Assembly (NCBI GenBank): GCA_963666975.2
Contig: CAXVYR010000004.1
Location: 352,001 to 416,000, forward strand
Source of the DNA: Terriglobia bacterium
GTDB taxonomy: Bacteria > Acidobacteriota > Terriglobia > 2-12-FULL-54-10
Length of the DNA stretch: 64,000 bases
Direction: 5' to 3'
The notes under the pieces are model-generated. The model worked only from the letters and a program-made list of their open reading frames with translations. It did not search any database and had not been told where the DNA came from. A program made the position numbers and the translations under genes. This document shows, piece after piece, positions 27,525 through 36,846 of the stretch; within the stretch, counting starts at the first letter, position 1; each line of letters starts with the position of its first letter.

Positions 27525-29222
27525 CTACTTCCGGGCGGCCTCAAAAACTCCCTGCCCCACGTCATTCAGAATCGGCTGCTTGCGGTAACGCTTGACCGCC
27601 AGCCAAGCCTCGACAGCAAGCCAGATGGCAAGGGTGAAAATCAGCCCCCCGGCAAACAGGAGCGTCCATTCGCCCTGCTGCCAGAAGCCGGTCAGACTGC
27701 TGACCATGGCCACGAGGGTCGAGCCCAGCATGAACAGCATGGGCAGCAGCGTATAGATGATCGGCTTGCCGCGCCGCAGCAGGTAGAGGGTCACCGCCAG
27801 CAGTGCCAAACCGGCCATGAGCTGGTTGGTGGTGCCGAACAATTGCCAGAGGATGAGTCCTGCGGCCTGGCCGCCGCTTTCGTAGAAGGCAAAAAACCAG
27901 ATCGCGGCCACGGCCAGGGCCGAGGCCAGGTAACGGTTCCCCAACACGGGAACTCGCAGCGTCTCGCCGATCTCGGAGATATTGTAGCGCAACAGGCGGG
28001 TGGCCGAGTCCAGGGTTGTCAAAGCGAACGACACTACAATCACTGCGACAAACGTCCTTCCCAGCTCAACGGGAATTCCGAGGGCGGTTAGAAAGTGGGA
28101 AGTTCCTCCGATGAAGGCGCCGATGTTGTTGCCCAATCCTTCGGCGCTCTGCCAACTGCCATAGTGACCCAACCAATCCTCACGGGAGATGAAACCGGCC
28201 GTGCAGGCCAGCACCGCCATCAGACCCAGCAGCGATTCCCCGATCATGCCGCCATAGCCGATCAAAGGAGCGTCGGTCTCGCGATCCAGCTGCTTGGCCG
28301 TCGTTCCGGAGGAGACCAGCGAATGGAACCCGCTGGCCGCCCCGCAGGCAATGACGATGAAAACGAACGGAAACATCGGCGGCGCTCCCTCCGGGTGGAG
28401 ATTAACCGCGGGGGCCACAAATTCCGGCGAAGAAACGAACAACCCCAAATACATCCCGCCCAGTCCCAGGTACAGCAGCAGGCTGTTGATGTAGTCCCTC
28501 GGCTGCAAGAGCATCCAGACCGGCAGCACGCTGGCGGCAAATGCGTAGAGCAGCAGCATCCATTTCCACTGGCCCAGCGCGGGGCCGAGGATGGGATGCC
28601 CGATGCCATACCAGACCAAGGCGAGCATCGCCAGAAAACCGATCGTGCTCACAGGCGGGATTCTCCAGCCAAGCCGGTAGATCACCACCCCCATAACCAC
28701 CGCAATGATCATCAGTGACCCGCTCGGCAGTACGGCTTCGGGATAAAACTCAGGCGAGAACAGCACGGCCACGACATGGACGAAGACGCCCATGGCCAGC
28801 GCAATCAGAAAAAAAATGATGAGGTGGAAAAGGGTTTTCGCCCGCGCCCCGATCAAATCCTCGGCAACCTTGCCGATGGACATGCCCCGGGAGCGGATCG
28901 AGACCACCAGCGACCCGAAATCGTGGACCGCTCCAACTAAGACGGCGCCCAGCACCACCCACAACATGGCCGGCAGCCACCCCCAGATCACAGCGACGGC
29001 GGGTCCCAGCATCGGCGAGAGCCCCGTGATCGAGGCATAGTGGTGGCCAAACAGGACGTAGCGGTTCGCCGGAACGTAGTCGACCTCGTCGCGCATCGTG
29101 TGGGCCGGCGTTCGCCGGGCCGGGTCCAGGTCGAACAGACGCCGCCCAAGGTAGCGGGCGTAAAAGCGGTAGCCCAGGAAATACAGAGCGAAACAAAAAA
29201 AGGTGGCTATGACCGGGCTCAT
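27525..29222 (-). CDS. cstA: Carbon starvation protein A family transporter
   Basis: TPAH..D.VDYVP, LFGHHYASI, WGWLPA, LLQPRDY, IACGAASGFHSLVSSGTT, TTLDSATRL, WQLFGTTNQL. Confidence 0.93.
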   Translation of the reverse strand: MSPVIATFFCFALYFLGYRFYARYLGRRLFDLDPARRTPAHTMRDEVDYVPANRYVLFGHHYASITGLSPMLGPAVAVIWGWLPAMLWVVLGAVLVGAVHDFGSLVVSIRSRGMSIGKVAEDLIGARAKTLFHLIIFFLIALAMGVFVHVVAVLFSPEFYPEAVLPSGSLMIIAVVMGVVIYRLGWRIPPVSTIGFLAMLALVWYGIGHPILGPALGQWKWMLLLYAFAASVLPVWMLLQPRDYINSLLLYLGLGGMYLGLFVSSPEFVAPAVNLHPEGAPPMFPFVFIVIACGAASGFHSLVSSGTTAKQLDRETDAPLIGYGGMIGESLLGLMAVLACTAGFISREDWLGHYGSWQSAEGLGNNIGAFIGGTSHFLTALGIPVELGRTFVAVIVVSFALTTLDSATRLLRYNISEIGETLRVPVLGNRYLASALAVAAIWFFAFYESGGQAAGLILWQLFGTTNQLMAGLALLAVTLYLLRRGKPIIYTLLPMLFMLGSTLVAMVSSLTGFWQQGEWTLLFAGGLIFTLAIWLAVEAWLAVKRYRKQPILNDVGQGVFEAARK

Positions 29223-29407
29223 ATCAAGATTTTACAGTCGCCAGCAGTGGGGTTTACTTCCCCTTGTCGTCGCGCTTTGAGATCATCACAAAGAAGCGGA
29301 TCGTCACAAAAACTGGTCACTTCGCCGCCAGGAATGCGCTGTAGTAGCGGCAACTAATCGCCAGCACGCACAGGGCAAAGATCAGGATAGGCGCGGCGCT
29401 CAGCTCG

Positions 29408-29910
29408 TTATCTCATTCGCACGGTTTCTCTAAGGAATACGGGCGTTAGGCAGATCGCGTACGGTTTTATGAAGTGTGGCGCGATATTCTTGCGTGTACT
29501 CCGTAGCAAAAGCTCCTGTGGTTTGTGTCCCGCCTTTAGCCGTCGAACTTGATCAAAGCTGTACCGAGTACCGTTGGCATCAAACTCAATCCAAGTCAAG
29601 ACAGCCCAGCATACTATTGAACATTTCATAATATAGTGACATTTCCACAGGCTTCAAAAGCCCTACAGAAGGCCGCCCAGCGAATCTAAGTGTCACTATA
29701 TTATGTAAACCTCAATAGCCTGCTACAATCTGTGGCGTCCGCAAAGATAATCGGCATGCTGGAATTCGCCGTCTGGGCTTCACTGAGAAGACGTGCAGCG
29801 CTGGCCCATTTCTTAGCTTCCGTTTCCTGGCCTGCCTTGTTATTAAGATGTGCATTCAGCTTGTCACCATGCAAGATCGTGTAAACGGAGAACTTTGATA
29901 ATTCGGTCAT
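29408..29910 (-). pseudogene. Hypothetical 133-aa gene interrupted by a MITE
   Basis: Track ORFs 29701-29910 and 29408-29629 join in frame (..DCSRL|VCWAVL..) when 101 bp (99-bp element plus one TA) are removed. Confidence 0.75.
29617..29715. mobile_element. 99-bp MITE with ~25-bp terminal inverted repeats and TA target duplication
   Basis: TA|TTGAACATTTCATAATATAGTGACA ... TGTCACTATATTATGTAAACCTCAA|TA, 4 mismatches; reconstructed empty site CTAG. Confidence 0.8.
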
Positions 29911-29925
29911 TTCTGCGCCGCCCTT

Positions 29926-30144
29926 TCAACCGCATTCGTCCACCACCGAGCCTTGCATCATCAACGCGACCGCCCGCAGAGCCTCGTCCTCGCTCCTCTG
30001 CTGGAGTATCCTTCGGAACACTTCGTACAGGCTGATGGAGGGAACCACCAACTCGGAACCGGCCTCAATCGCCGGGGCGAAGAAAGAGGCGTTGGATTCA
30101 TCGGCGAAGTATTCGAGCCAGCCCGAAGAATCGACGACATTCAT
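29926..30144 (-). pseudogene. vapC: VapC (PIN domain) toxin, C-terminally truncated
   Basis: MNVVDSSGWLEYF...VPSISLYEV; stops at 72 aa, about half a PIN domain, lacking the downstream catalytic aspartates. ATGA overlap with the antitoxin. Confidence 0.8.
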
Positions 30145-30347
30145 ATCCGGTCATGTTCGCGCTCGATACAGGTAGCAATGCCCTTGAGAAAGCCTCGCGC
30201 CTTCTTGACCGGTTTCAACGGAATCAATTCAATGCGATCCTTGTACAAAATCATTTGAACTTTCTGGCCCGGCCGGATGCGAAGGGATTCCCGGAGCGCG
30301 CGGGGAATGACCACTTGAAATTTGGGAGAAATGATGACAGTTTCCAT
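30141..30347 (-). CDS. AbrB/MazE/SpoVT-family antitoxin (VapB-like)
   Basis: METVIISPKFQVVIPRALRESLRIRPGQKV; intact 68 aa. Confidence 0.88.
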   Translation of the reverse strand: METVIISPKFQVVIPRALRESLRIRPGQKVQMILYKDRIELIPLKPVKKARGFLKGIATCIEREHDRI

Positions 30348-30441
30348 GCAAAGCCTATCGATCAAACTTTCGTATTACGTTAGCTATTCTACCCCGTTTG
30401 CCAAGCCGGGACAACGATTGCGGAGCGCTGCCCAGGCTCGA

Positions 30442-30699
30442 CTAGCGGCGATCGCGGTCTTCCATCGCCTCTCGGAGAACGTTGTTGATCCGCGTCTGGT
30501 ATCCCTTCCCTTGAGCCTTCAGCCACGCCAGAACGTCCGCGTCCAGCCGAATCGTCAGCGACTTCTTTATGGGCCGGTAAAACTTTCCAACGACAGCCTT
30601 CCTCCAGTCCCTGATCTCGGGAATGTCGCTGAGGTCGATATCCTCGTCTTTCAGTCGCCTCAGCACGGCAATCTCCTTATCCCTCTGTGCTTTCTTCAT
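30442..30699 (-). CDS. brnA: BrnA-family antitoxin
   Basis: DEDIDLSDIPE, FYRPIKKSLTIRLDADVLAWLK..GKGYQTRINNVLR. Confidence 0.9.
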   Translation of the reverse strand: MKKAQRDKEIAVLRRLKDEDIDLSDIPEIRDWRKAVVGKFYRPIKKSLTIRLDADVLAWLKAQGKGYQTRINNVLREAMEDRDRR

Positions 30700-30966
30700 A
30701 AGCTCTCCTCTCCCTAGGCGTGGCCTTTCGCGCGGAGATGATGCGAATCACCTCTTCTCCTTTCTCATCGCGCTGCGTGTGTGCGACCAAGAGCAAATCT
30801 CCCTCGCGGATCGCTCCGATGGTCTGCCAGCGCTCCTCTGCTTCCACCACTCGCTCCCGATACTGATCGCCCACGGATCTTCGAACACCTCTCGTGCGAT
30901 CTCAAAGCGGACCTTGTGTTTGGCGCGGTTGCGCCGATTCTTCTCCGCGTCCCACTCGAAGCGCAT
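30677..30966 (-). pseudogene. brnT: BrnT-family toxin, frameshifted near 30857
   Basis: MRFEWDAEKNRRNRAKHKVRFE..VFEDP in one frame; ERVVEAEERWQTIG...LLVAHT...IRIISARKAT.RER in another. One base is missing. Confidence 0.85.
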
Positions 30967-31200
30967 GGAGTCAGTACCATTCCGCAGTTACAGTATAGTA
31001 CATACGCAGCCCAGGTGAAAGTCCGTTCGGGAAACGAGACGACATGCGGATGCAGGAAGGCGGACCAGGGCCGCCGTGCGACAACCGGCTTTGGAAGACT
31101 CCTGCAAGCGTCCTCCAGGACCGCCACTTGCGCCGCCAGAAACGAGCACCATGACAAGCGTTATGCCGGGTCTACTAGAAGCTCCAGTGCACGCAGCTGG

Positions 31201-31311
31201 CTATTCGCCCTTTCCCCTGTTGCGCCTTGAGATCATCACAAATAAGCGGATCGTGATACTGACGACGATGACCCAAGTAACCGCCATCATGATCCAGGCT
31301 GTAGTCGTCAT
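31201..31311 (-). CDS. 36-aa single-TM small protein coupled to the NSS transporter (MetS-like small subunit candidate)
   Basis: MTTTAWIMMAVTWVIVVSITIRLFVMISRRNRGKGE; ATGA overlap with the transporter stop. Confidence 0.65.
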   Translation of the reverse strand: MTTTAWIMMAVTWVIVVSITIRLFVMISRRNRGKGE

Positions 31312-32942
31312 GCAGACACTCGTTTCTTTTTCCATGCCTTGTAAACCAGAAACGCGCAACCAAAAAACACACACATGAGAAGGAAGCGCGTCCCGTCCAT
31401 CACAAGGTCCTTGGTGGGATTTCCGGCAGCATCGAACCACATATAATCGCTGCCGACGTGAAAGATTTTTCCGGCCACGCTGTCGGGCGCGAGCGGCCAC
31501 CCGCTTCCCGACAGCAGCGAGGCAAAGGCATCCCGCCAATTCCCGCCTTCCGGGTTGATGAGCGAGGCCAGGAATACGATGAGCAGGAAGGTGGGCGTGA
31601 CGTAGCGGAGCACGAACCGGAATAGTTTTGGCACCTTCATGTCGGCGCCCCGCGTGATCTCGTCCCAAGCGCGGTCTATGCCGAAAATCCAGGCAAAGAT
31701 GATCGCTTCGCCGAGGGCGAAGACCACCAGGGCGAATGTTCCGGTCCAGAAGTCGAACTCGGCGAAGGCGCCGCCCGGATACAGCACAACGCAGAACAAG
31801 CCGAGCAACAGCGTGGCAATTCCGAATCCAACAGCGGATTTCGCCCGCGACCAGTCATATTCGTCCTGCAAGAAGGACATCATCGGCTGGCCCATGGCGA
31901 GCGAGGAGGTGATGCCCGCGAAGAACAGGAGCCCGAACCACAGGGCGCCGGCGACGGGCGCGAACCAGCCCCAGTTGTTGAACATCACGGGGAGTGCCAG
32001 GAACCCGAGATCAAAGCCGTTCCCGCTCGATGTGAGCTGCTGCACGGCTTGCAGGCCGAGGTAGGCGGTGGCGATGGGAATGAGGATGGCGCTGCCCAAA
32101 ACGATTTCAATGCACTCGTTGGTCCACCCGGCGGCCATGGCGTTCACCGCGATATCATCCTTCTGCCGGAGGTAGGCCGCGTAGCAGTGGATCGAACCCA
32201 TGCCGACCGACAAGGTAAAAAATACTTGCCCGGCGGCGGCGAGCCAGGTCTTGGGGTTGGCCAAGCCCCCCAGGTTCGGATCCCAGACGAAGTTCAGGCC
32301 CGCCAGAGGGCTCTGCACGATGCCCGCGCCGTCTGCGGAAAGCGTGAGCCCGCGGATCGCCAGAACGACGCCGAATAAAACGAGCAGTGGCACGCCGATC
32401 TTGGCGGCCATCTCGATGCCCCTGACCAAGCCGCGCGACAGAATGTAGATGTTCAGCCCGAGCGTCAAAAGGAACCAGAGCAGGGCTTCTCCAGGAAAGT
32501 AATAGATCGACTGGCTGTCAGCGCCGACAAACTGGTTGAAGAACTCAGTCGGGGCGATCTTCTGAAAGGTTCCGACGATGGAGTGGAAAACATAAGCAAG
32601 CGCCCACGACTCGATATACACGTAATAGGATGCGATACAGAGGGTGGTGAACAGACCGAAAACCCCGACGTATTTCAGCCAGCCGTAGGGCCCGAGCTTG
32701 TCGAACATACCGGGGGCGGAATGGTGCCCAAACTGCCCGCCGTGGCGGCCGATGGCCCACTCCACCCAGAGAAGAGGGATACCCATCAGCAAAAACGCAG
32801 CGAGGTACGGAAGCAGGAACGCCCCGCCGCCGTTCTGCGCGGCCTGCGCGGGAAAGCGCAGAAAATTGCCGAGCCCGACGGCGTTGCCGGCCACCGCCAG
32901 CACCAAACCCACACGAGTGCCCCATCTTTCTTCTTGTGCCAT
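31308..32942 (-). CDS. Sodium-dependent transporter, NSS/SNF (LeuT-like) family
   Basis: ERWGTRVGLVLAVAGNAVGLGNFLRFP...GGGAFLLPY, AAGQVFFTLSVG, FFAGITSS. Confidence 0.94.
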   Translation of the reverse strand: MAQEERWGTRVGLVLAVAGNAVGLGNFLRFPAQAAQNGGGAFLLPYLAAFLLMGIPLLWVEWAIGRHGGQFGHHSAPGMFDKLGPYGWLKYVGVFGLFTTLCIASYYVYIESWALAYVFHSIVGTFQKIAPTEFFNQFVGADSQSIYYFPGEALLWFLLTLGLNIYILSRGLVRGIEMAAKIGVPLLVLFGVVLAIRGLTLSADGAGIVQSPLAGLNFVWDPNLGGLANPKTWLAAAGQVFFTLSVGMGSIHCYAAYLRQKDDIAVNAMAAGWTNECIEIVLGSAILIPIATAYLGLQAVQQLTSSGNGFDLGFLALPVMFNNWGWFAPVAGALWFGLLFFAGITSSLAMGQPMMSFLQDEYDWSRAKSAVGFGIATLLLGLFCVVLYPGGAFAEFDFWTGTFALVVFALGEAIIFAWIFGIDRAWDEITRGADMKVPKLFRFVLRYVTPTFLLIVFLASLINPEGGNWRDAFASLLSGSGWPLAPDSVAGKIFHVGSDYMWFDAAGNPTKDLVMDGTRFLLMCVFFGCAFLVYKAWKKKRVSA

Positions 32943-33027
32943 CTATGGTCTCCGATTTGTCGTCAGATCACGGGAGCAATGTTATGGAACAGGACCGCCG
33001 ATTTAGGATTCACCACCCAAGCGCCGA

Positions 33028-34518
33028 TTAGTGATCAATCTGGGCCCGTTGCAGCTTCCCGCTGAAATCCACATAAATAGATTTCCACTCCGAAAAGGTG
33101 TCGAGCGACGCCACCCCTGCCTCCCGGTGTCCGTTGCCTGTCCGGTTGGTACCTCCAAAAGGCAGGTGAATCTCGGCGCCGATGGTGGAAGAGTTGACAT
33201 AGAAAACGCCGGTGTACATGTCTCGCATTGCCACGAACGCCCGGTTCACATCCCGAGTATAGATCGCAGAGGACAACCCATAGGAAACGCCGTTGCCAAT
33301 TTCGATGGCCGACTCCAGCCCGTCACAAGGGATGACCGAAACGACGGGACCGAAAATCTCTTCCTGGGCGATTCTCATTTGCGGAGTGACATCCGCAAAC
33401 ACCGTGGGTTCATAAAAGAATCCGGAGGCGCAGTCTCCATCCTGGAGCGGACGGCCGCCGCACAGCAGGCGCGCCCCCTCGTTGAGGCCGACCTGCACGT
33501 ACTCCTGGACGATCCCGAGCTGGTCCTGGTTGATCAGCGGGCCCATTTGAACATTGGGATCCAGACCGTTGCCCACCTGGAGCGCCTGTGCGCGGTCCAC
33601 CAGGCGTTCCAGGAACTCCCGGTAAACCTTTTTGTGAACCGCGACGCGGCTGGCCGCCGTGCAGCGCTGCCCGGTGGTCCCGAACGCGCCCCAAACGGCG
33701 CCATCCACCGCCAAGTCCAGATCGGCGTCCTCCATCACCAGAATGATATTCTTCCCGCCCATTTCAAGGTGGCAGTGTTTGAAACTTGCCGCGCATACTT
33801 CCGACACCCGCCGCCCCACCGCCGTCGAGCCGGTGAAAGAAACCATCCGAACAGGCGGTTGCGCCAGCAGGGCTTCTCCCGCTTCCTCTCCGAATCCTGT
33901 CACCAAGTTGACTACTCCGCGCGGAAGACCCGCTTCCGCCAAAATCTTCACCAAGTGATAACACGACAAGGGGGTATCCTCAGCAGGCTTGATGACCACC
34001 GTGTTGCCGCAAACCAGTGCCGGCAAAATCTTCCAACAAGGAATGGCTACCGGAAAATTCCATGGAGTGATCAGAGCGCAGACACCCAAGGGCATGCGCA
34101 CGCTCATGGCGAATTTGTCGGGCAACTCGGAGGGCGTGGTCTGTCCATAAAGACGGCGGCCTTCGCCCGCCATATAATAAGCCATGTCGATGCCTTCTTG
34201 AACGTCACCGCGGGCTTCCAGCAGGACCTTCCCCATCTCACGCGTCATGTCCTGAGCCAGAGCTTCCTTGCGCTCCTGAAGCACCTGCGCCGCCCTGTAC
34301 AGGATTTCCGCACGGCGTGGAGCGGGCACCAGCCGCCACTTGGGAAATGCTTCCGCAGCAGCTTCTGCGGCCTGGGCAACATCCTGGGCATCCGACTGCT
34401 GAAAAATACCGACGACTTCGCTCGTGGCAGCAGGATTCAGATTTTCAAACACCTTTCCAGAGTGAGATTCCACCCACTCCCCGTTGACGAAATTCTTGTA
34501 GGTTTTGGGCACGTGCAT
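33028..34518 (-). CDS. Aldehyde dehydrogenase family protein
   Basis: ITPWNFP, KPAEDTP, FTGST, LEMGGKN, GQRCTA, EEIFGPV, PFGG. Confidence 0.95.
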   Translation of the reverse strand: MHVPKTYKNFVNGEWVESHSGKVFENLNPAATSEVVGIFQQSDAQDVAQAAEAAAEAFPKWRLVPAPRRAEILYRAAQVLQERKEALAQDMTREMGKVLLEARGDVQEGIDMAYYMAGEGRRLYGQTTPSELPDKFAMSVRMPLGVCALITPWNFPVAIPCWKILPALVCGNTVVIKPAEDTPLSCYHLVKILAEAGLPRGVVNLVTGFGEEAGEALLAQPPVRMVSFTGSTAVGRRVSEVCAASFKHCHLEMGGKNIILVMEDADLDLAVDGAVWGAFGTTGQRCTAASRVAVHKKVYREFLERLVDRAQALQVGNGLDPNVQMGPLINQDQLGIVQEYVQVGLNEGARLLCGGRPLQDGDCASGFFYEPTVFADVTPQMRIAQEEIFGPVVSVIPCDGLESAIEIGNGVSYGLSSAIYTRDVNRAFVAMRDMYTGVFYVNSSTIGAEIHLPFGGTNRTGNGHREAGVASLDTFSEWKSIYVDFSGKLQRAQIDH

Positions 34519-34730
34519 AGACTTCTCCCTGCCGACGTCTCAGCTTCAAAAAACAATTTGAATGCGGGGAAATCCTAACTCAATTTGGGCCGGGTTGGAA
34601 AGGGAAGAAAGGGGGTATGGAAGGATAAGGAAGAATGTTGTGACGGCAACAACCCTTCCCTCTACCCCCGAAACATTGAAAGGCTAAAGCTGAAAATCAA
34701 AAGCCGCACTAAAGGCCGGGAACAGCACCC

Positions 34731-36293
34731 CTACGGCAGGGTGTCCGCCAAGTACATCGTCTCGACCCGGCCTCGCCGGTTGCGCTGCACCAGAAACACC
34801 ACATCGGAGCCGGAATGCAAGTCCCGTTGAATCCGCACAACGTCATCCACTCCGTCAACCCGCTGCTGATTGATCTCCAAGATCACATCGCCCCGCTGCA
34901 ACCCAATCTCATTGGCGAAGCTGTCGGTGTCCACAGCCGTAACCAAAACCCCTCTGGTCTCCTCTAATCCCAGCTGGTTGGCGATCTCCGGGCTTACATT
35001 CTGGATCGAGATTCCGAATTTGGCCTCCGTGTCTTCTCTTTCGGAAGGTCCGTAGCCTTCTTCGGTGCCTAAGATGTCCGCGAAAACCTTGGAGCGGTCC
35101 CCAATGACCAGTTCGGTCTCCTGCTCCTCCCGGTTCCGTACGAACCGAATGGTCACGGATTCCCCGACGGGAGTTCCGGCGACCTTCGCGATCAGATCGT
35201 CCCCATTCTGGATCTGGTCGCCGTTGATGGTCAGGATTACATCCCCTTGTTTGAGGCCGGCTTTTTCGGCGGGGCCGCCCGGCTGAATTCCGGTGATGAC
35301 CACGCCATGGCTGGCGCCGAAACTTCTCAAAAGCACGGGGCTCTGTTCGGTTTGCTGGAAGGTCACGCCAATCGACCCGCGGGTTACCTTGCCGCTCTTT
35401 ACGATCTGATTATAAACACTGGCCGCCATATTGGAGGGCAGCGCGAATCCGACCCCTGCATAGCTGCCGGTGCCGGTGGCAATGGCGGTGTTGATCCCAA
35501 TCACCTCGCCCGCCATATTCACCAGAGGGCCGCCGCTGTTGCCCGGATTGATTGCCGCGTCCGTCTGGATAAAGCGCTGGAAGGAAGATCCCAGGTCCCT
35601 GCCCTTGGCGCTGATGATTCCCGCCGTCACCGTCTCTTCCAGACCGAACGGGCTGCCCACGGCCAGAACCCAATCTCCCACACTCAGGCCTTCCGAGTTG
35701 CCCATCTTCGCATGGGGCAATGGATGGTCGGCCTCGATCTGGATCACGGCGAGGTCAGTCTCCGAGTCGCTGCCAATCACCTTGGCATCATAGAGTTCCT
35801 CATCGCCCAGTATTTTTACTTTAATCTTGTCGGCCCTGCTCACAACGTGATTATTGGTAAGGATATAACCCTTCGGATCGATGATCACTCCGGAGCCAAG
35901 GCTTCTTTGCCGGAACTCCCGCTGGGGCTCGCCCTGCGGTCCGAAATCGAAGAACCGCCGGAAAAAGTCTCCAAATGGGTCTTGCTGTCCCTGGGGATTC
36001 CGGGGATTGCGTCTCAATCGCGACCGCGACTGCACGGTGGATTCCGTGTTGATGTTCACCACGGCGGGAGCAACCTCTTTGGAAATCTTGTTAAAAATGG
36101 AGGAAAGCTGGACGGGCGAAGGAAGCTCCACCTGCTGCGCATCGGAGACCTGGATCTGCTGGCGCGCCGCACGGACCCCGCGAGAGATCAACGTGCCGAT
36201 CAGGATGCCGACCGTCAGCGTAAACAAAACAGCAAGGGTCGAGACCACCTTGCGTTCCTTGATGATTTGCACGAAGTGATTCCAATTACTCAT
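34731..36293 (-). CDS. degP: Do/DegP (HtrA) serine endopeptidase with two PDZ domains
   Basis: GSGVII, TNNHV, DLAV, QTDAAINPGNSGGPL; N-terminal TM anchor. Confidence 0.92.
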   Translation of the reverse strand: MSNWNHFVQIIKERKVVSTLAVLFTLTVGILIGTLISRGVRAARQQIQVSDAQQVELPSPVQLSSIFNKISKEVAPAVVNINTESTVQSRSRLRRNPRNPQGQQDPFGDFFRRFFDFGPQGEPQREFRQRSLGSGVIIDPKGYILTNNHVVSRADKIKVKILGDEELYDAKVIGSDSETDLAVIQIEADHPLPHAKMGNSEGLSVGDWVLAVGSPFGLEETVTAGIISAKGRDLGSSFQRFIQTDAAINPGNSGGPLVNMAGEVIGINTAIATGTGSYAGVGFALPSNMAASVYNQIVKSGKVTRGSIGVTFQQTEQSPVLLRSFGASHGVVITGIQPGGPAEKAGLKQGDVILTINGDQIQNGDDLIAKVAGTPVGESVTIRFVRNREEQETELVIGDRSKVFADILGTEEGYGPSEREDTEAKFGISIQNVSPEIANQLGLEETRGVLVTAVDTDSFANEIGLQRGDVILEINQQRVDGVDDVVRIQRDLHSGSDVVFLVQRNRRGRVETMYLADTLP

Positions 36294-36552
36294 CAATCTA
36301 TTTCCTCCAATCTTCTAGGGAGGTTTCTCTCCCGCAAGCAGCTTTCCGGATTTCCTGCGATTTTAGCATGGAAACGAAACCAGAACTACAGACTACATTT
36401 GACACTGTCAAAAATATAGATGCATAAGGTGCCGTAAAGGTTTCCCCGCAGCGGACAATGGGAACAGACCGGGCCGGGCAGCTTCGTTCACGGTATCCGG
36501 CTTCTCCGGACTTCCGGCGACCTGGACTTACCGCAGCAGTCCATTGAAAACC

Positions 36553-36581
36553 TTGACCTTCCGTAACTACACCAGTATGAT
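36553..36581 (+). promoter_or_regulatory. Sigma70 promoter of the tatA-tatC operon
   Basis: TTGACC-N17-TATGAT, 19 nt before ATG 36601. Confidence 0.65.
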
Positions 36582-36600
36582 GAAATCTCTTGGTGTTTCT

Positions 36601-36846
36601 ATGGGCAGTATAGGTTTTCCGGAGATGATTGTCATTTTTTTGGTTGCCCTCTTGGTGTTCGGGCCCAAACGTCTGCCGGATTTGGGCCGTTCCATTGGCC
36701 GAGGATTGTCGGAATTTCGGCGGGCTTCCAACGATCTCAAAGGCTCGATCGAACGCGAAATCGAAACCCTGGACCATGAAGTCTCTTCGGCCAACATACC
36801 GAAGACACCAGACGCGGGTGCAGATACCAATGCCCCCAAGTTCTGA
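36601..36846 (+). CDS. tatA: Twin-arginine translocase TatA/TatB-family subunit
   Basis: MGSIGFPEMIVIFLVALLVFGPKRLPDLGRSIGRGLSEFRRA. Confidence 0.88.
   Translation: MGSIGFPEMIVIFLVALLVFGPKRLPDLGRSIGRGLSEFRRASNDLKGSIEREIETLDHEVSSANIPKTPDAGADTNAPKF

Noticed and set aside
29365-29380. CACGCACAGGGCAAA resembling the start of a c-di-GMP-I riboswitch
   Set aside because: The downstream GNRA-loop stem and P3 are absent; the opposite strand is better explained as a CstA-like fragment.
29685-29712. dif-like site (TTATGTAAACC resembles a XerD arm)
   Set aside because: The XerC arm does not match, and the sequence is explained as the MITE inverted repeat.
29400-29935. Integron cassette interpretation of the TA islet (GTTAGGC/GCCTAAC near 29445)
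   Set aside because: No paired attC core and inverse-core boxes with a palindromic interior, and no integrase.
33031-34578. 515-aa plus-strand ORF
   Set aside because: Antisense shadow of the aldehyde dehydrogenase, a common artefact in GC-rich genomes.
35247-36419. 390-aa plus-strand ORF
   Set aside because: Antisense shadow of degP.
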